Assembly (NCBI GenBank): GCA_024743275.1
Contig: JANSWW010000007.1
Span: forward strand, 4,256 to 68,255
DNA from: Alphaproteobacteria bacterium
GTDB taxonomy: Bacteria > Pseudomonadota > Alphaproteobacteria > JANSWW01
Reading direction: 5' to 3'
DNA: 64,000 nucleotides
The position numbers and the translations under genes were made by a program. This document shows, piece after piece, positions 20,818 to 30,551 of this stretch; position 1 is the stretch's first letter, and each line of letters opens with the position of its first letter. Below the pieces are notes generated by a model. The model was given only the letters and a program-made list of their open reading frames with translations. It was not told the DNA's origin and searched no databases.

Positions 20818-21960
20818 TCAACCCGTCAAGAACGCTGCCCAGCGCTCCATGAGATCACGCCGTTGGTCTAGATAATCAGTCCGCCGATAGGCTCGCGTTA
20901 CTTCGGACCCCACCTTGTGGCCGAGCGCCGTCTCCGCGATCTCTTCGGAAATGTCGGTCGCCTCGGCGCACCAGGTTCTAAACGTAGACCTGAACCCATG
21001 TGGCCGCGCCTCCATCCCCTTACGTTTCATATAGTTGGACATCGTCATGTCGCTGATGACCCCTTTGCGAGGGTTTGCAAAGAAGAAGCCCCGTCTTTCA
21101 TGCGCCTCCGCAAGCGAAAGGACGCGCTGGGCTTCGCGGGACAACGGGACCCGGTGTTCGATACCTGTTTTTGTTCGAACGCTCGGGATTGTCCAAAGGT
21201 CGCCATCGACCTCGTTAACATGAATGAAGCGAACCTCGCCGGAGCGACACGCCGTGAGAATCGTTAAGCGAAGGGCCAGCTCCGTCGAAGAGTCTCCGAG
21301 AGATTTGTAAAAGTCAGGGGCCTCGCTCCAGGGAAGAGCTGGAATGTTCCGGGTCTGGTGGCGTGATCTGCCCAGCAGCAACTTTGCTTTAGCGCAGGCC
21401 TGGATGTCGACATCCAGTCCCATCGCAGCTGCGTGTTTCAGGCATAGGTTCAGGCGGTTCATTGACTTCCTAGCCGTCTCGGCCTTGGCATGCCAAATCG
21501 GTCGCAGGGTGTTCGCAATATCCCTTTGGTCGATTTCCGTGATGGGGACGTCCCCGAGTCGGGGTAGGACGTGTAGTTCAAGCGGGGTGAACCACCGACC
21601 GGATTTGCCGTCGTTCTTCAGTTCGGCCTTCCTGGCCTCAAACGTTGCGTAAGCGATGTCCTTCAGCAGATGGCCACCCCGTTCGCGTTCACGGCGTTCC
21701 CTCTGACGCTCCTTGATCGGGTCCTTACCCTCACGAACAAGCCGACGTGCGGTCTCAGCATGAAGGCGCGCATCCTTTAGGCTCACGTCCCGGATCGACC
21801 CTAGGCCCATCTCGCGGCGGCGCCCGTGGACGCTTACCCTGAGCATCCATTGCCCACCACCGTCTCCGCGTTTGATGAGCCACAACCCTCCACCGTCCGG
21901 ATGCTTCCCGGCCGGGGCGTGTTTGACGGCCGCCGCAGAAAGCCTATGGAGCTGCCTCAT
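20818..21960 (-). CDS. int: Tyrosine recombinase/integrase, P4-like (DUF4102 N-domain plus catalytic core); start taken at MRQLH (21960), ORF extends to 22029
   Basis: N-terminal ...GKHPDGGGLWLIKRGDGGGQWMLR. C-terminal ...HGFRSTFRTWCAEA...LGHK...AYRR..Y with conserved R, H-x-x-R and Y residues. Confidence 0.85.
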   Translation of the reverse strand: MRQLHRLSAAAVKHAPAGKHPDGGGLWLIKRGDGGGQWMLRVSVHGRRREMGLGSIRDVSLKDARLHAETARRLVREGKDPIKERQRERRERERGGHLLKDIAYATFEARKAELKNDGKSGRWFTPLELHVLPRLGDVPITEIDQRDIANTLRPIWHAKAETARKSMNRLNLCLKHAAAMGLDVDIQACAKAKLLLGRSRHQTRNIPALPWSEAPDFYKSLGDSSTELALRLTILTACRSGEVRFIHVNEVDGDLWTIPSVRTKTGIEHRVPLSREAQRVLSLAEAHERRGFFFANPRKGVISDMTMSNYMKRKGMEARPHGFRSTFRTWCAEATDISEEIAETALGHKVGSEVTRAYRRTDYLDQRRDLMERWAAFLTG

Positions 21961-22375
21961 TCTGGTCCACCCTTTCATCCACCCTCGATATATGGACAGG
22001 TTTGGATGATCCGCAATGAAAATGGACACTTAAAGCACTGAAAAAAAAGATGTTAATTCAGTTTGATGGTCAGGGTAAAACAATCCTGAACAGTTTAAGT
22101 GTGCCCTCCAACGGCACCATTTTTTAAAAAGAGATCATTTAAAATCAGCGACTTGATCGGAATCTGATCTTGGATGTCCACGGCCCGGCCCGGAGACATG
22201 GGTAACAGTTTGTACCCAAGACATGCCCGGGACATGTGGGGCAGTTTCCAAGAAAACCGCGTGACAAGGCGTCAAATCCGCCGAACCCGGCGGATTGTGC
22301 AAGAGACTCCCCCGCCGAGGAGGGGGTCGGACAAGGCGCCGGATCCGCTGATCCCTCCCGGGCCAACTCCCGACG

Positions 22376-22423
22376 ATCGATCCACTCCGCCAGCGACCCA
22401 CTCCGCCAGCGACCCACTCCGCC
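22376..22423. repeat. Three tandem 16-bp direct repeats CGA(T/C)CCACTCCGCC(A/G)(G/A) in the junction between the integrase and ask
   Basis: Seen directly: cgatccactccgccag / cgacccactccgccag / cgacccactccgccga. Confidence 0.6.
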
Positions 22424-22465
22424 GACGTGTATGGGTAGAAGACTATCGCCGCGTTCAAGGTCCCG

Positions 22466-23959
22466 TTAGGCGGCCCGCACGAGCGCGTTGCTGGGCCGCG
22501 GTGCCGAAGAGACGACGTCGTCGACGTCTTCCGAGGTCTTTTCGGACAGGTCCATGTCGGTGTTCTCGATCAGAACCCGATGAAGCACCTGGATCGCCTG
22601 ATCCCGGTCATCGATCCCGACGAAGAACTGTACATCGACCTGCCGGATCCCGTCCTGTGTCGCGAGATAGCGGATACCCGCCTCGTCAAGGGCGACCAGG
22701 CCGCGCTGCAGGACTTTCACGCCCGACAGACTTGCCCCGAGGGCGGAGACAAGGCTGATCTTCTGGATCGAGATCTCGGCGGCGGGGAATGCGCGTTTCA
22801 CATCCGCCTCGACCCGGCGCAGCAACTTCAAGGAGGCGTCGACATAGTGCACGATGGAATTCGCGTTGGACGCTTTGCAAACGATCCGAACACCATGCCG
22901 GGTGAGTGTTTCGAGAATCTTCTGATCGTAGCCTTTGACCCCGACCATATCCTGCTCGAACACCTGGAAGGCGACGACGTCGAGACCGGTGATCATTTCG
23001 ACGCGCGACGTGTCCGTCGGGTTTGAATCGATCACCGTGCCAGGATCTTCGGGTTCGAACGCGTTCGCCACCCGCAACGGTATCGCCGCCTGACGCAGCG
23101 TCTTGGCGGCGTTCGGGTGGATGGCCTCCATCCCGAGATTCGAGAGTTGATCCGCCACGTCATAGTTGGTCCGCCCGATTTTGTGGACGGCTTGGGCCCC
23201 GACAAGCTTGGGGTCGGCGCTGGATAGATGGAATTCCTTGTGGATCACCGCCTCGCGGGCACCGGAAAGCGCGGCGAGCTTCGCAAAGGTGACTTCGCTG
23301 TATCCGCGATCGTACTGGCGCATCAGCCCTTCCTTCGCTTGGGCATAGCCGGTAACGACGGGCATTTCGGAGGCGAAGTCGATCCCGGCGATCGCATCGG
23401 CGATCCTTCGGTCGAGGCTGGGGTGATGTTCGTCCCGCCAACCGGACAGATCGACGAACCGGGCATTCACCTCGGCACGGCGCAGCATCAAGGTAGCGGT
23501 ATGCGCCGAATGGGCCTCGCCCAAGCCGGCCAGCATCTCGCGGATCGTCATCAGATGCTCTTCGATCTGGAAATGCCCGTAGGCACAGATCCGTTGCAGA
23601 TCGATCAGACAGCTGCGCGCACCCTCCACCCTCTCGCGAACGAAGGCGTCGGCGATTTGGCGATCGCCCGAATCACCCAGAAGCCGGTGGTTGTGATCGA
23701 TCATCGCGTTGGTCACGCGGTCCAGCGCCTCGGCCCAAACATGCCCGCTCTCCGAGGCGGCGAATAAACCGTAGACGCCTGGCTCGCCCGTTTTCTTGTC
23801 CTCGAGCAACAGATTCGTGACCCCGCCGAAAGCGGAGACCACGAAACAGCGGCGGTAGATATCGTCGCCGGCTCTCTCGCCGATGATGAGATTTGGGAGC
23901 AGCTCGTCGAATCGGGACATGGACGTCCCGCCGATCTTCTCAACGCTGTGGGCGGTCAT
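22466..23959 (-). CDS. ask: Aspartate kinase, ectoine-pathway-associated paralog (Ask_Ect); start at MTAHSVEKIGGTS
   Basis: Aspartokinase N-terminus KIGGTSM, ACT-like C-terminal region, position downstream of ectABC. Confidence 0.85.
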   Translation of the reverse strand: MTAHSVEKIGGTSMSRFDELLPNLIIGERAGDDIYRRCFVVSAFGGVTNLLLEDKKTGEPGVYGLFAASESGHVWAEALDRVTNAMIDHNHRLLGDSGDRQIADAFVRERVEGARSCLIDLQRICAYGHFQIEEHLMTIREMLAGLGEAHSAHTATLMLRRAEVNARFVDLSGWRDEHHPSLDRRIADAIAGIDFASEMPVVTGYAQAKEGLMRQYDRGYSEVTFAKLAALSGAREAVIHKEFHLSSADPKLVGAQAVHKIGRTNYDVADQLSNLGMEAIHPNAAKTLRQAAIPLRVANAFEPEDPGTVIDSNPTDTSRVEMITGLDVVAFQVFEQDMVGVKGYDQKILETLTRHGVRIVCKASNANSIVHYVDASLKLLRRVEADVKRAFPAAEISIQKISLVSALGASLSGVKVLQRGLVALDEAGIRYLATQDGIRQVDVQFFVGIDDRDQAIQVLHRVLIENTDMDLSEKTSEDVDDVVSSAPRPSNALVRAA

Positions 23960-24014
23960 AGGGGATCCTTTGGGTCTTTCGCTTTCTGCTGGCTCGGCGG
24001 TTGGAGGCGGTCGA

Positions 24015-24422
24015 TCAGACCGCCTCTCCCACAACAGCCTCTCCCTCAAGGGCATAAGAGCCGTCTTCCCGATGCACCTCGCGGCCGGTCACCGGCGGGT
24101 TGAAGGCGCAGGCCAGGACCATTTCGGTCTCGCTTTTGAGGATGTGTTTGTCGTGCTGATCGAGCAGGTAGATCACACCCGGGCGGATCCGATGAACCTC
24201 GCCGGTGGCCAGGTCCTCGATCGATCCTTCGCCGGAGATGCAATAGACCGCTTCCAGGTGGTTCTTGTAGTGGAAGGTGTGTTCGGTGCCGGCATAGATG
24301 GTCGTTATGTGGAAGCTGAAGCCCATATTGTCGTCCTTCAGCGCCAGGCGGACACTGTCCCACCCTTCCGTCTTCACCTTACGGTTCGTCTTCTTCGCTT
24401 CGTGGTAATCGCGAACGATCAT
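24015..24422 (-). CDS. ectC: L-ectoine synthase
   Basis: [66 protein letters not shown] is the EctC cupin signature. The ORF has a 5' in-frame extension not used. Confidence 0.9.
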   Translation of the reverse strand: MIVRDYHEAKKTNRKVKTEGWDSVRLALKDDNMGFSFHITTIYAGTEHTFHYKNHLEAVYCISGEGSIEDLATGEVHRIRPGVIYLLDQHDKHILKSETEMVLACAFNPPVTGREVHREDGSYALEGEAVVGEAV

Positions 24423-24460
24423 AGGTTTTCTCTCTTCGATTCCAGTTGGTTGAGTTTGTT

Positions 24461-25780
24461 TTAGGCGGCGGCCATTTCGGCGGCCTCGGTTTCCCGGGCG
24501 ACGATCTTGGCGGCGGCCGCCTCGACGATGTCGAGTCCTTCGCGGAACAGCGCCGTATCGATGGTCAAAGGCGCCAGCACCTTGACCACTTCTCCGTGGG
24601 CTCCCGAGGTCTCGATGATCAGCCCGTTTCGGAAGCACTCGCCGCAGATCTCGGAGGCCAGCTCGCCGCTTCCGACATCGACGCCACGCATCATGCCCCG
24701 CCCTTTGAGCCGTCCGCCCGGGACGATCTTCGCGATCCGCTGAAGGCGGCGTTCCAAGAGCAGCGCCTTCTCGGCGACGTCGGTGGCGAAGCTGTCGTCG
24801 CTCCAGAACTTCTCGAGGGCGACGGTGGCCGTGACGAACGCATGGTTGTTGCCCCGGAATGTGCCGTTATGCTCCGCCGGCGTCCAAATGTCATGCTTCG
24901 GGCGGACCAGCAGGCAGGCGAAGGGAAGGCCCATACCGGAAAGCGACTTCGCCATCGGCACGAGATCGGGGTTGATGCCCATCTTGTCGAAACTGAAGAA
25001 ACCCCCGGTGCGGCCCACACCGGCCTGGATATCGTCAACGATCAGCAAGGCACCGTGCTTTCGCGCCAGCTTTTCGATCCCTTGAACCCATTCCATCGAC
25101 GCCGCGTTCAAACCGCCCTCGCCTTGGACCACCTCAAGCAGGAAGGCGGCCGGGGCGTCGATGCCGCTGGACGGGTTGTCCAGCATCACCTCGATCTGAT
25201 GCAGGGTGTCGATGTCATCGCCGAACGCCTTGTCGAAAGGCATCCGACTGGTGCCGCAGAGCGGACCGGAGCCGGCGCCGCCGCGATGGTGGCTGTTGCC
25301 CGTGCAGGACAGCGCGCCGGCGGTCACGCCGTGGAAACCATTGGTGAAGCTGATGATGTTCCGGCGACCGGTCACCTTGCGGGCAAGCTTCATCGCCGCT
25401 TCGACCGCGTTGGCGCCGGTCGGCCCGGTGAACTGAACCCGGTGGTCCATCCCCCTCGGCTTGAGAATAAGTCGTTCGAACGTCTCGAGGAATTTGGCCT
25501 TTGCGTCCGTATGCATGTCCAGCCCATGGGCCACACCGTCGCCGGTGATGTGATCGACAAGGGCCCTTTTCATATCCGGGTCGTTATGGCCGTAGTTCAG
25601 TGAAGAACACCCGGCCAGGAAGTCGATATAGCCGCGTCCTTCGCTATCGAAGAGCCTCGCGCCCCGCGCTTTGACAAAGGTCACCGGAAAACCCCGGCAA
25701 TAGGAGCGGGCCTCCGATTCACGGCGGGCGAAGATATCGGTCGTGGCGGACGGGTCGGCCGCGTTTGTCGTGGTCGTCAT
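24461..25780 (-). CDS. ectB: Diaminobutyrate--2-oxoglutarate transaminase
   Basis: Class-III aminotransferase, [21 protein letters not shown], high similarity to EctB. GAGGA lies 5 nt upstream of the ATG at 25780. Confidence 0.9.
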   Translation of the reverse strand: MTTTTNAADPSATTDIFARRESEARSYCRGFPVTFVKARGARLFDSEGRGYIDFLAGCSSLNYGHNDPDMKRALVDHITGDGVAHGLDMHTDAKAKFLETFERLILKPRGMDHRVQFTGPTGANAVEAAMKLARKVTGRRNIISFTNGFHGVTAGALSCTGNSHHRGGAGSGPLCGTSRMPFDKAFGDDIDTLHQIEVMLDNPSSGIDAPAAFLLEVVQGEGGLNAASMEWVQGIEKLARKHGALLIVDDIQAGVGRTGGFFSFDKMGINPDLVPMAKSLSGMGLPFACLLVRPKHDIWTPAEHNGTFRGNNHAFVTATVALEKFWSDDSFATDVAEKALLLERRLQRIAKIVPGGRLKGRGMMRGVDVGSGELASEICGECFRNGLIIETSGAHGEVVKVLAPLTIDTALFREGLDIVEAAAAKIVARETEAAEMAAA

Positions 25781-25864
25781 TGTTGTCCTCAAAGTCATGG
25801 AGTTTTTGCCCGGGAGCTGATGCCGCCCGGCTGCAATACTCGCTGGAGTCTTGTGGGGGATGGA

Positions 25865-26437
25865 TCAGGCGGCCGCTTTGAGCGCCCCGAAATCCCCGAT
25901 CGTCACCATGTACTCGGTGTCATGGTTCCCGTCGAAGTGCTCTTCCTGTTTGAAGTGAGCCTCGTGCGACAGGGGGGCCGCCATGTGGCGGGCGAAGGAC
26001 GTGAACAGCGCCCAGCTTGCCTTGTTGTCCCGAGTGATGGTGGTTTGCAGCCGAATCACGGCCTCGCAAGCAGGCCGGTCGATCAGCTTCGTCAGCATGC
26101 GCTTTGCCAGCCCTTGCCCACGGGCGCGGGCGGAGGTTGCGACTTGCCAGACGAACAAGGTGCCGGGATCATTCGGCAGGACATAGCCCGATATCCAACC
26201 ACAGACGCCCTCGCCGTCCTCGGCAAGGATGCATGTGTCGCTGAAGTGATCGCATTGGAGCAGGTTGCAATACATCGAGTTGTCGTCCAGCGGACCACAG
26301 CTCTTGATCAAGTCCCACACCGCCGACCCGTCTTCAGGCAGGGGTGCCCGGAAGCGAAACGGGTCGGTCGCTTTCACGGCTGTGTTTCGCCGGGGTTGCG
26401 CACGACAAAGGGAAGCGGTTAGCCGGGTATCAGTCAT
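25865..26437 (-). CDS. ectA: L-2,4-diaminobutyrate acetyltransferase
   Basis: GNAT fold, EctA-like sequence, first gene of the ect cluster. Confidence 0.85.
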   Translation of the reverse strand: MTDTRLTASLCRAQPRRNTAVKATDPFRFRAPLPEDGSAVWDLIKSCGPLDDNSMYCNLLQCDHFSDTCILAEDGEGVCGWISGYVLPNDPGTLFVWQVATSARARGQGLAKRMLTKLIDRPACEAVIRLQTTITRDNKASWALFTSFARHMAAPLSHEAHFKQEEHFDGNHDTEYMVTIGDFGALKAAA

Positions 26438-26605
26438 GCCCGTCTCCGTTCTCTGTTCAATGAGCGACCGGTTTATCCGCTCGCCTTGTCGTTATCAGGA
26501 TAATGAGAGTCCGTCGAAAGACAACCTGTTTTTGCAAAAAACTCTGAAAAATCGGCATTTTTTGAAAAAATAATCCCATTCATCTCACTGAAAATATTAC
26601 GGTTT

Positions 26606-27667
26606 TTGGCGGACGTGATTGAGTTTGGGAAAAAATGGATGGCTGGGGGCTGCTCGTGTGTTGTCGCTTTTGCGACAAATGGACTCGATGGTTCCGGGCG
26701 TCGCTTCCGCGTCGTCGAACCGGTCTTTCGACGCGCCGCGCCGCCATCGCCCGTATTCATGCCGTTCCCGGTTCTTGCCGATGGCCAGCCGCGATCAAGC
26801 GGCATCGACCGACCTTCCCACGAAGATGAAAAGCCTGATCGAGGATTTCGCGCAGCTTCCCGACATGCTGAGTGCGGATGGGGTCAAGATCCCGAGCGTT
26901 TGGTTCAGACTCTCGAGACGATTCAGCGTCGTGCTTGGGAGGTTCGCGAATACGGCGGTCAGGAACGCACCTATTTCGCGATCGCCACGGCCACCGGGAA
27001 CCCGATCTCCGCTCCGATCCGATCCGAAATGGCGGCCCTGCATAAACGAGCCGTTTTCGCGCTGAATACGCTCGGCTTCGCCCGGGACTATGCGGGGCTA
27101 CCGGATAAGATCTTCGCCGAAATCGAGAATACGCGCGCGTTCTACTTCGGTGAGTACGATGCGGTCCGCCGTGGCATCATGACGGCATCGGACGCCGGCG
27201 CCGCCTACCCCATCAGCTTCACGGACTTCTTCACACTGTCGAGCGATGCGCTCGGACGGGCCGTGGTCCTGTCAGGAGACGCCGGGTCCGCCATCCGGGT
27301 CGAATTGGACCGGATCACCCACGAGGCGGGGCTCGAACTGGCCGCCTATTGGGTGATGCTGGCTTTCGCCATGGCAATCTTCGGGTTCCAGATCTTCTAT
27401 ACCCGATATTCGGTCGCCAAGCGGATGGGCGGCGTCACCCATCAAGGCCACTCGCAGAACATCTCCAAGGGCGGTGCGGTACTGCGCATGGAGGGTGACT
27501 TTTATCCGAACCAAGCCGTCATCGTCCGGTTTTCGGATGCCGGTGGGCCTATACCGGCCCGCGTAAAGTCGGCGGAGAGCGATCTCGTGACGGTGATTTT
27601 CGACCGAGTCGTCGATTTGGAGGGCCTGTCGCCCTCTATATCGACCGGTACGGCAAGGGCTTCATGA
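26606..27667 (+). CDS. Hypothetical membrane protein with a possible PilZ-like C-terminal region. Gene model uncertain; a frame change near ~26900 is possible.
   Basis: Third-position GC supports frame +1 (ORF 26619..27065) for ~26700-26900, then the 26606 frame from ~26920 onward. TM segment LAAYWVMLAFAMAIFGFQIFY. ...NISKGGAVL is weakly PilZ-like. Confidence 0.35.
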   Translation: MADVIEFGKKWMAGGCSCVVAFATNGLDGSGRRFRVVEPVFRRAAPPSPVFMPFPVLADGQPRSSGIDRPSHEDEKPDRGFRAASRHAECGWGQDPERLVQTLETIQRRAWEVREYGGQERTYFAIATATGNPISAPIRSEMAALHKRAVFALNTLGFARDYAGLPDKIFAEIENTRAFYFGEYDAVRRGIMTASDAGAAYPISFTDFFTLSSDALGRAVVLSGDAGSAIRVELDRITHEAGLELAAYWVMLAFAMAIFGFQIFYTRYSVAKRMGGVTHQGHSQNISKGGAVLRMEGDFYPNQAVIVRFSDAGGPIPARVKSAESDLVTVIFDRVVDLEGLSPSISTGTARAS

Positions 27668-27848
27668 TCCCGGACGGTACTTTCCCCGCCGTCCGCCTCG
27701 CCGACGGCGAACCGAACCCATCCCAAGCGTCGGTCACGCCATTGCGACAAAAGCGCATGGGCGTTCTGTTCCGGTTTATCCGAACTTGCCCGCCGACCTT
27801 GGGCGACTACGTCCTGGAGGCGACCCCATCACAGCAGGATGGCGATCC

Positions 27849-28088
27849 ATGCGTCTCGACAGCCCCGCCAGATTCTTCACCCGTCACGCCGTGATCGGCA
27901 TGATCGCCAGCGTCGCCGCCACGGCCCTGGTCTACTTCTCGAACTTCGCCGGCGTGGGAGATCTGCTGGACCGGTCCGACGACGGGATCCTGTTCGCCGT
28001 GCTCATGGTGCTGTTCCTCGGCCCGACCCTGTCGGCCGTGCAGATCGCTTTCGCCCTGTTCCTGGAGCGGGACGACGCGGCGGGATAG
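27849..28088 (+). CDS. Small hypothetical membrane protein (start at MRLDSP within ORF 27786..28088)
   Basis: High third-position GC; two hydrophobic helices. Confidence 0.35.
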   Translation: MRLDSPARFFTRHAVIGMIASVAATALVYFSNFAGVGDLLDRSDDGILFAVLMVLFLGPTLSAVQIAFALFLERDDAAG

Positions 28089-28125
28089 ACTGGAAGAGGG
28101 CGCGTGACGCCCGTGACGCACTCGG

Positions 28126-30162
28126 TTAGGCGGCGATGTCGATCTCGTCGGCATCGATAAGATCGAGCAGGACCTGGGCGATCTCCGGATCGTAGCGTGT
28201 GCCGGCGCCCTCCCGGATCTCTTTCGCGGCCGCGTCGATCCCCAGCCCCGGCCGGTAGGGCCGGTGCGTGGCCATGGCGTCGAACACATCGGCCACCGCG
28301 ATGATGCGGGCCTCCAACGTGATCTCGTCGCCTTTCAGGCCATGGGGATAGCCAGACCCGTCGATCCGTTCGTGGTGCTGCCGGATCATGTCGACGATCG
28401 GCCACTCGAACTCGATATCGCCCAGCAGCTGGGCGCCGGTCTCCGGGTGCATCTTGATCAGTTCGTATTCCGCATCCAGCAGACGGCTGGGCTTGGAGAG
28501 GATCTCGGAGGGGATCTGGATCTTCCCGACATCGTGGATCATGGCACCCAGTTCCAGGCCCAGGAGCTGATGGTCGTCCAACCCCATCTTCTTGCCGATC
28601 TGCACCGCGATCCGGGCGACATGCTCCTCGTGGCCCGCAGTATAGGGGTCCCGGGCTTCCAAGGCGGCGGCCAGAACCTGAACCGTCTTGGTGAGGGCCA
28701 TGGAGAGGCTGCGGGAGGCGTTCTTCTGTTCGGTGACGTCGAGGATGACGCTGTTCCAGATCGTCGTGCCATCGGCCGTCCGCCTCGGCTGGCCCATCCC
28801 GCGCAGCCATTTCTCCCCGCCCGATTTCGGCCAGATGCGCCAGTCGTGGGACCAGAAGGACAGAGCCTCCATGGATTTGCCGACAGAGGCCTTCATGTCC
28901 TCGATATCGTCGGGATGCACCATCTGCCAGAGCGGCGTGGGATCGCGCTCGACCACCGTGCGGGGCAGTTCCCAGATCCGCTCGCAGCCGGGGCTCATAT
29001 AGTTGATCGAATCGGAACCATCGGGGGCGATGGCATATTGGAAGACGGCGCCGGGCAGGGAATTGGCGATATCCTCAAGTCGGGCGTCGCGCTCGACCTG
29101 GTCCGTGATGTCCTGGCCATAGAGATTACAATAGTCTTCGCTGAAGACCGGCGCGAGGTTGAACTGATAATGGCGCTCGCCGAGGGTTAGGCGGACGTTC
29201 CGCGCCCGTTGCATGCTTTTGGCCCGCTCGATGATCTTCAGCCATTGCTCCCGCTCCTGCTCGGAACAGGTGATCAAATGGCCCATGAGCTGCTGGGCCG
29301 GCCCGTTGGCAAGCATGATCTCGCCGCTCAGATCGACCCTGAGCACCGGTGACGGGTTCTCGAGCGGAAACTTCGCATAGGCCTGGGCACGCTGCTCCGC
29401 GACACGCCGCTCGGTGACGTCGGTGCCGAAGGCGATGAGCTTTCGGTTGCCGCCATTGGCGTTGGAGTCGATTCCGAAATACCAGTGAACCCGCTTGAGC
29501 TCACCGGACTTCGCCCGGATATCGTTCTCGAACTCGCGGGTTTCCAGGCTGTCGTCTTCCGCCATCAACCCCTTCAGGATCTCCCGGATCTCCGTCCGTC
29601 TCTCCTTCGGAATGAATGTTCCGACCCAGTCGCTGCCGCGCAGTTTGTCGACCGCAACTCCGGTTACCGCGCCGGTTCTTTCATTGGCGTCCAACACCGT
29701 GCCATTCTCGTCCAGGGCCAGAAACATGTTCCCGGACATGCGCAAATAGCGGCGATTGCGCTCCTCGGCCTCGATCATCTCCGTGATGTCGATGATGGTG
29801 CCGTGATTCTCATAGGCCTTGCCGGACGGGTCGCGGTGGACAGTGGTCCAGTCGTGGACCCAGCGGATTTCGCCGGATGCGGTCCGGATCCGGTAGCGTT
29901 GCTCGAACTTGTCGACCCGGTTGGCGAGGTTGGCGGCAACCTCTTGGGCGACCCTCTGAACATCGTCGTCGAAAAGGATCTCTTCATATCTCAAACGGTT
30001 GGATAGGAAGTCGTCGGGCGCATAGCCAAACTGGTTGATCCCTTCCGAGACGAAAGTGACCGGCCACCCCTCGGAAAGATCCCAGACAAAGACGGCGATG
30101 GGGCTGTCCTTCAGAATCTCGCCCAAAAGGGCTGGGTTCGTATTCGGTTGGATCGCGTTCAT
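28126..30162 (-). CDS. Multi-PAS-domain protein with a C-terminal HD-GYP domain (putative c-di-GMP phosphodiesterase)
   Basis: HD...HHERIDGSGYPHGL motif, several PAS-like repeats. Confidence 0.8.
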   Translation of the reverse strand: MNAIQPNTNPALLGEILKDSPIAVFVWDLSEGWPVTFVSEGINQFGYAPDDFLSNRLRYEEILFDDDVQRVAQEVAANLANRVDKFEQRYRIRTASGEIRWVHDWTTVHRDPSGKAYENHGTIIDITEMIEAEERNRRYLRMSGNMFLALDENGTVLDANERTGAVTGVAVDKLRGSDWVGTFIPKERRTEIREILKGLMAEDDSLETREFENDIRAKSGELKRVHWYFGIDSNANGGNRKLIAFGTDVTERRVAEQRAQAYAKFPLENPSPVLRVDLSGEIMLANGPAQQLMGHLITCSEQEREQWLKIIERAKSMQRARNVRLTLGERHYQFNLAPVFSEDYCNLYGQDITDQVERDARLEDIANSLPGAVFQYAIAPDGSDSINYMSPGCERIWELPRTVVERDPTPLWQMVHPDDIEDMKASVGKSMEALSFWSHDWRIWPKSGGEKWLRGMGQPRRTADGTTIWNSVILDVTEQKNASRSLSMALTKTVQVLAAALEARDPYTAGHEEHVARIAVQIGKKMGLDDHQLLGLELGAMIHDVGKIQIPSEILSKPSRLLDAEYELIKMHPETGAQLLGDIEFEWPIVDMIRQHHERIDGSGYPHGLKGDEITLEARIIAVADVFDAMATHRPYRPGLGIDAAAKEIREGAGTRYDPEIAQVLLDLIDADEIDIAA

Positions 30163-30551
30163 CGGCGTTCTGCCCGGGCCCCCGATCGATTGCTCTGCTC
30201 TCTTAATTTAACTCTGGGAGGTGAAGTGGGGATAGCAAACAAAAGGATATCACGACGGCATGACATCTATAGATAGAGTAATTGAGCTCACTATACGCTT
30301 CATCCATCCCTAATCTCTGATTCGAAATGGTTTCCGGAAGCGAAGAACCGTCAAGATTGAAGAAAAAGCGGACTTTAGCCTTCAATGGCGGATCCTTCTT
30401 CAGATTAACTAAATTTCTTTGGTATACTAAAGGATATTTTATATGCCTTTTGAGAAATACGTTCGTAAACAGATCTCGTTAGAAAGTAGACATATAGGAT
30501 TTCCGGGTTTTAACTTGCGGTATAAGGGGACTAGCGAAGGGTTGGCTCGAT

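Noticed and set aside
22030-22465. Search for a tRNA or tmRNA gene as the integrase attachment site
   Set aside because: I found no cloverleaf-compatible sequence, no GTTCGAATC-like T-arm and no CCA end in either strand of the junction. Only short hairpins and the 16-bp repeats are present.
22174-22758. 194-aa Arg/Pro-rich ORF spanning the ask 3' end
   Set aside because: It is low-complexity and mostly antisense to aspartokinase. This is typical of spurious ORFs in 65% GC DNA.
30420-30460. Sigma-54 promoter (GG-N10-GC) in the AT-rich motA leader around TTTGGTATACTAAAGGATAT
   Set aside because: The -12 TTGC/GC element is missing, so I cannot support a sigma-54 site from sequence alone.
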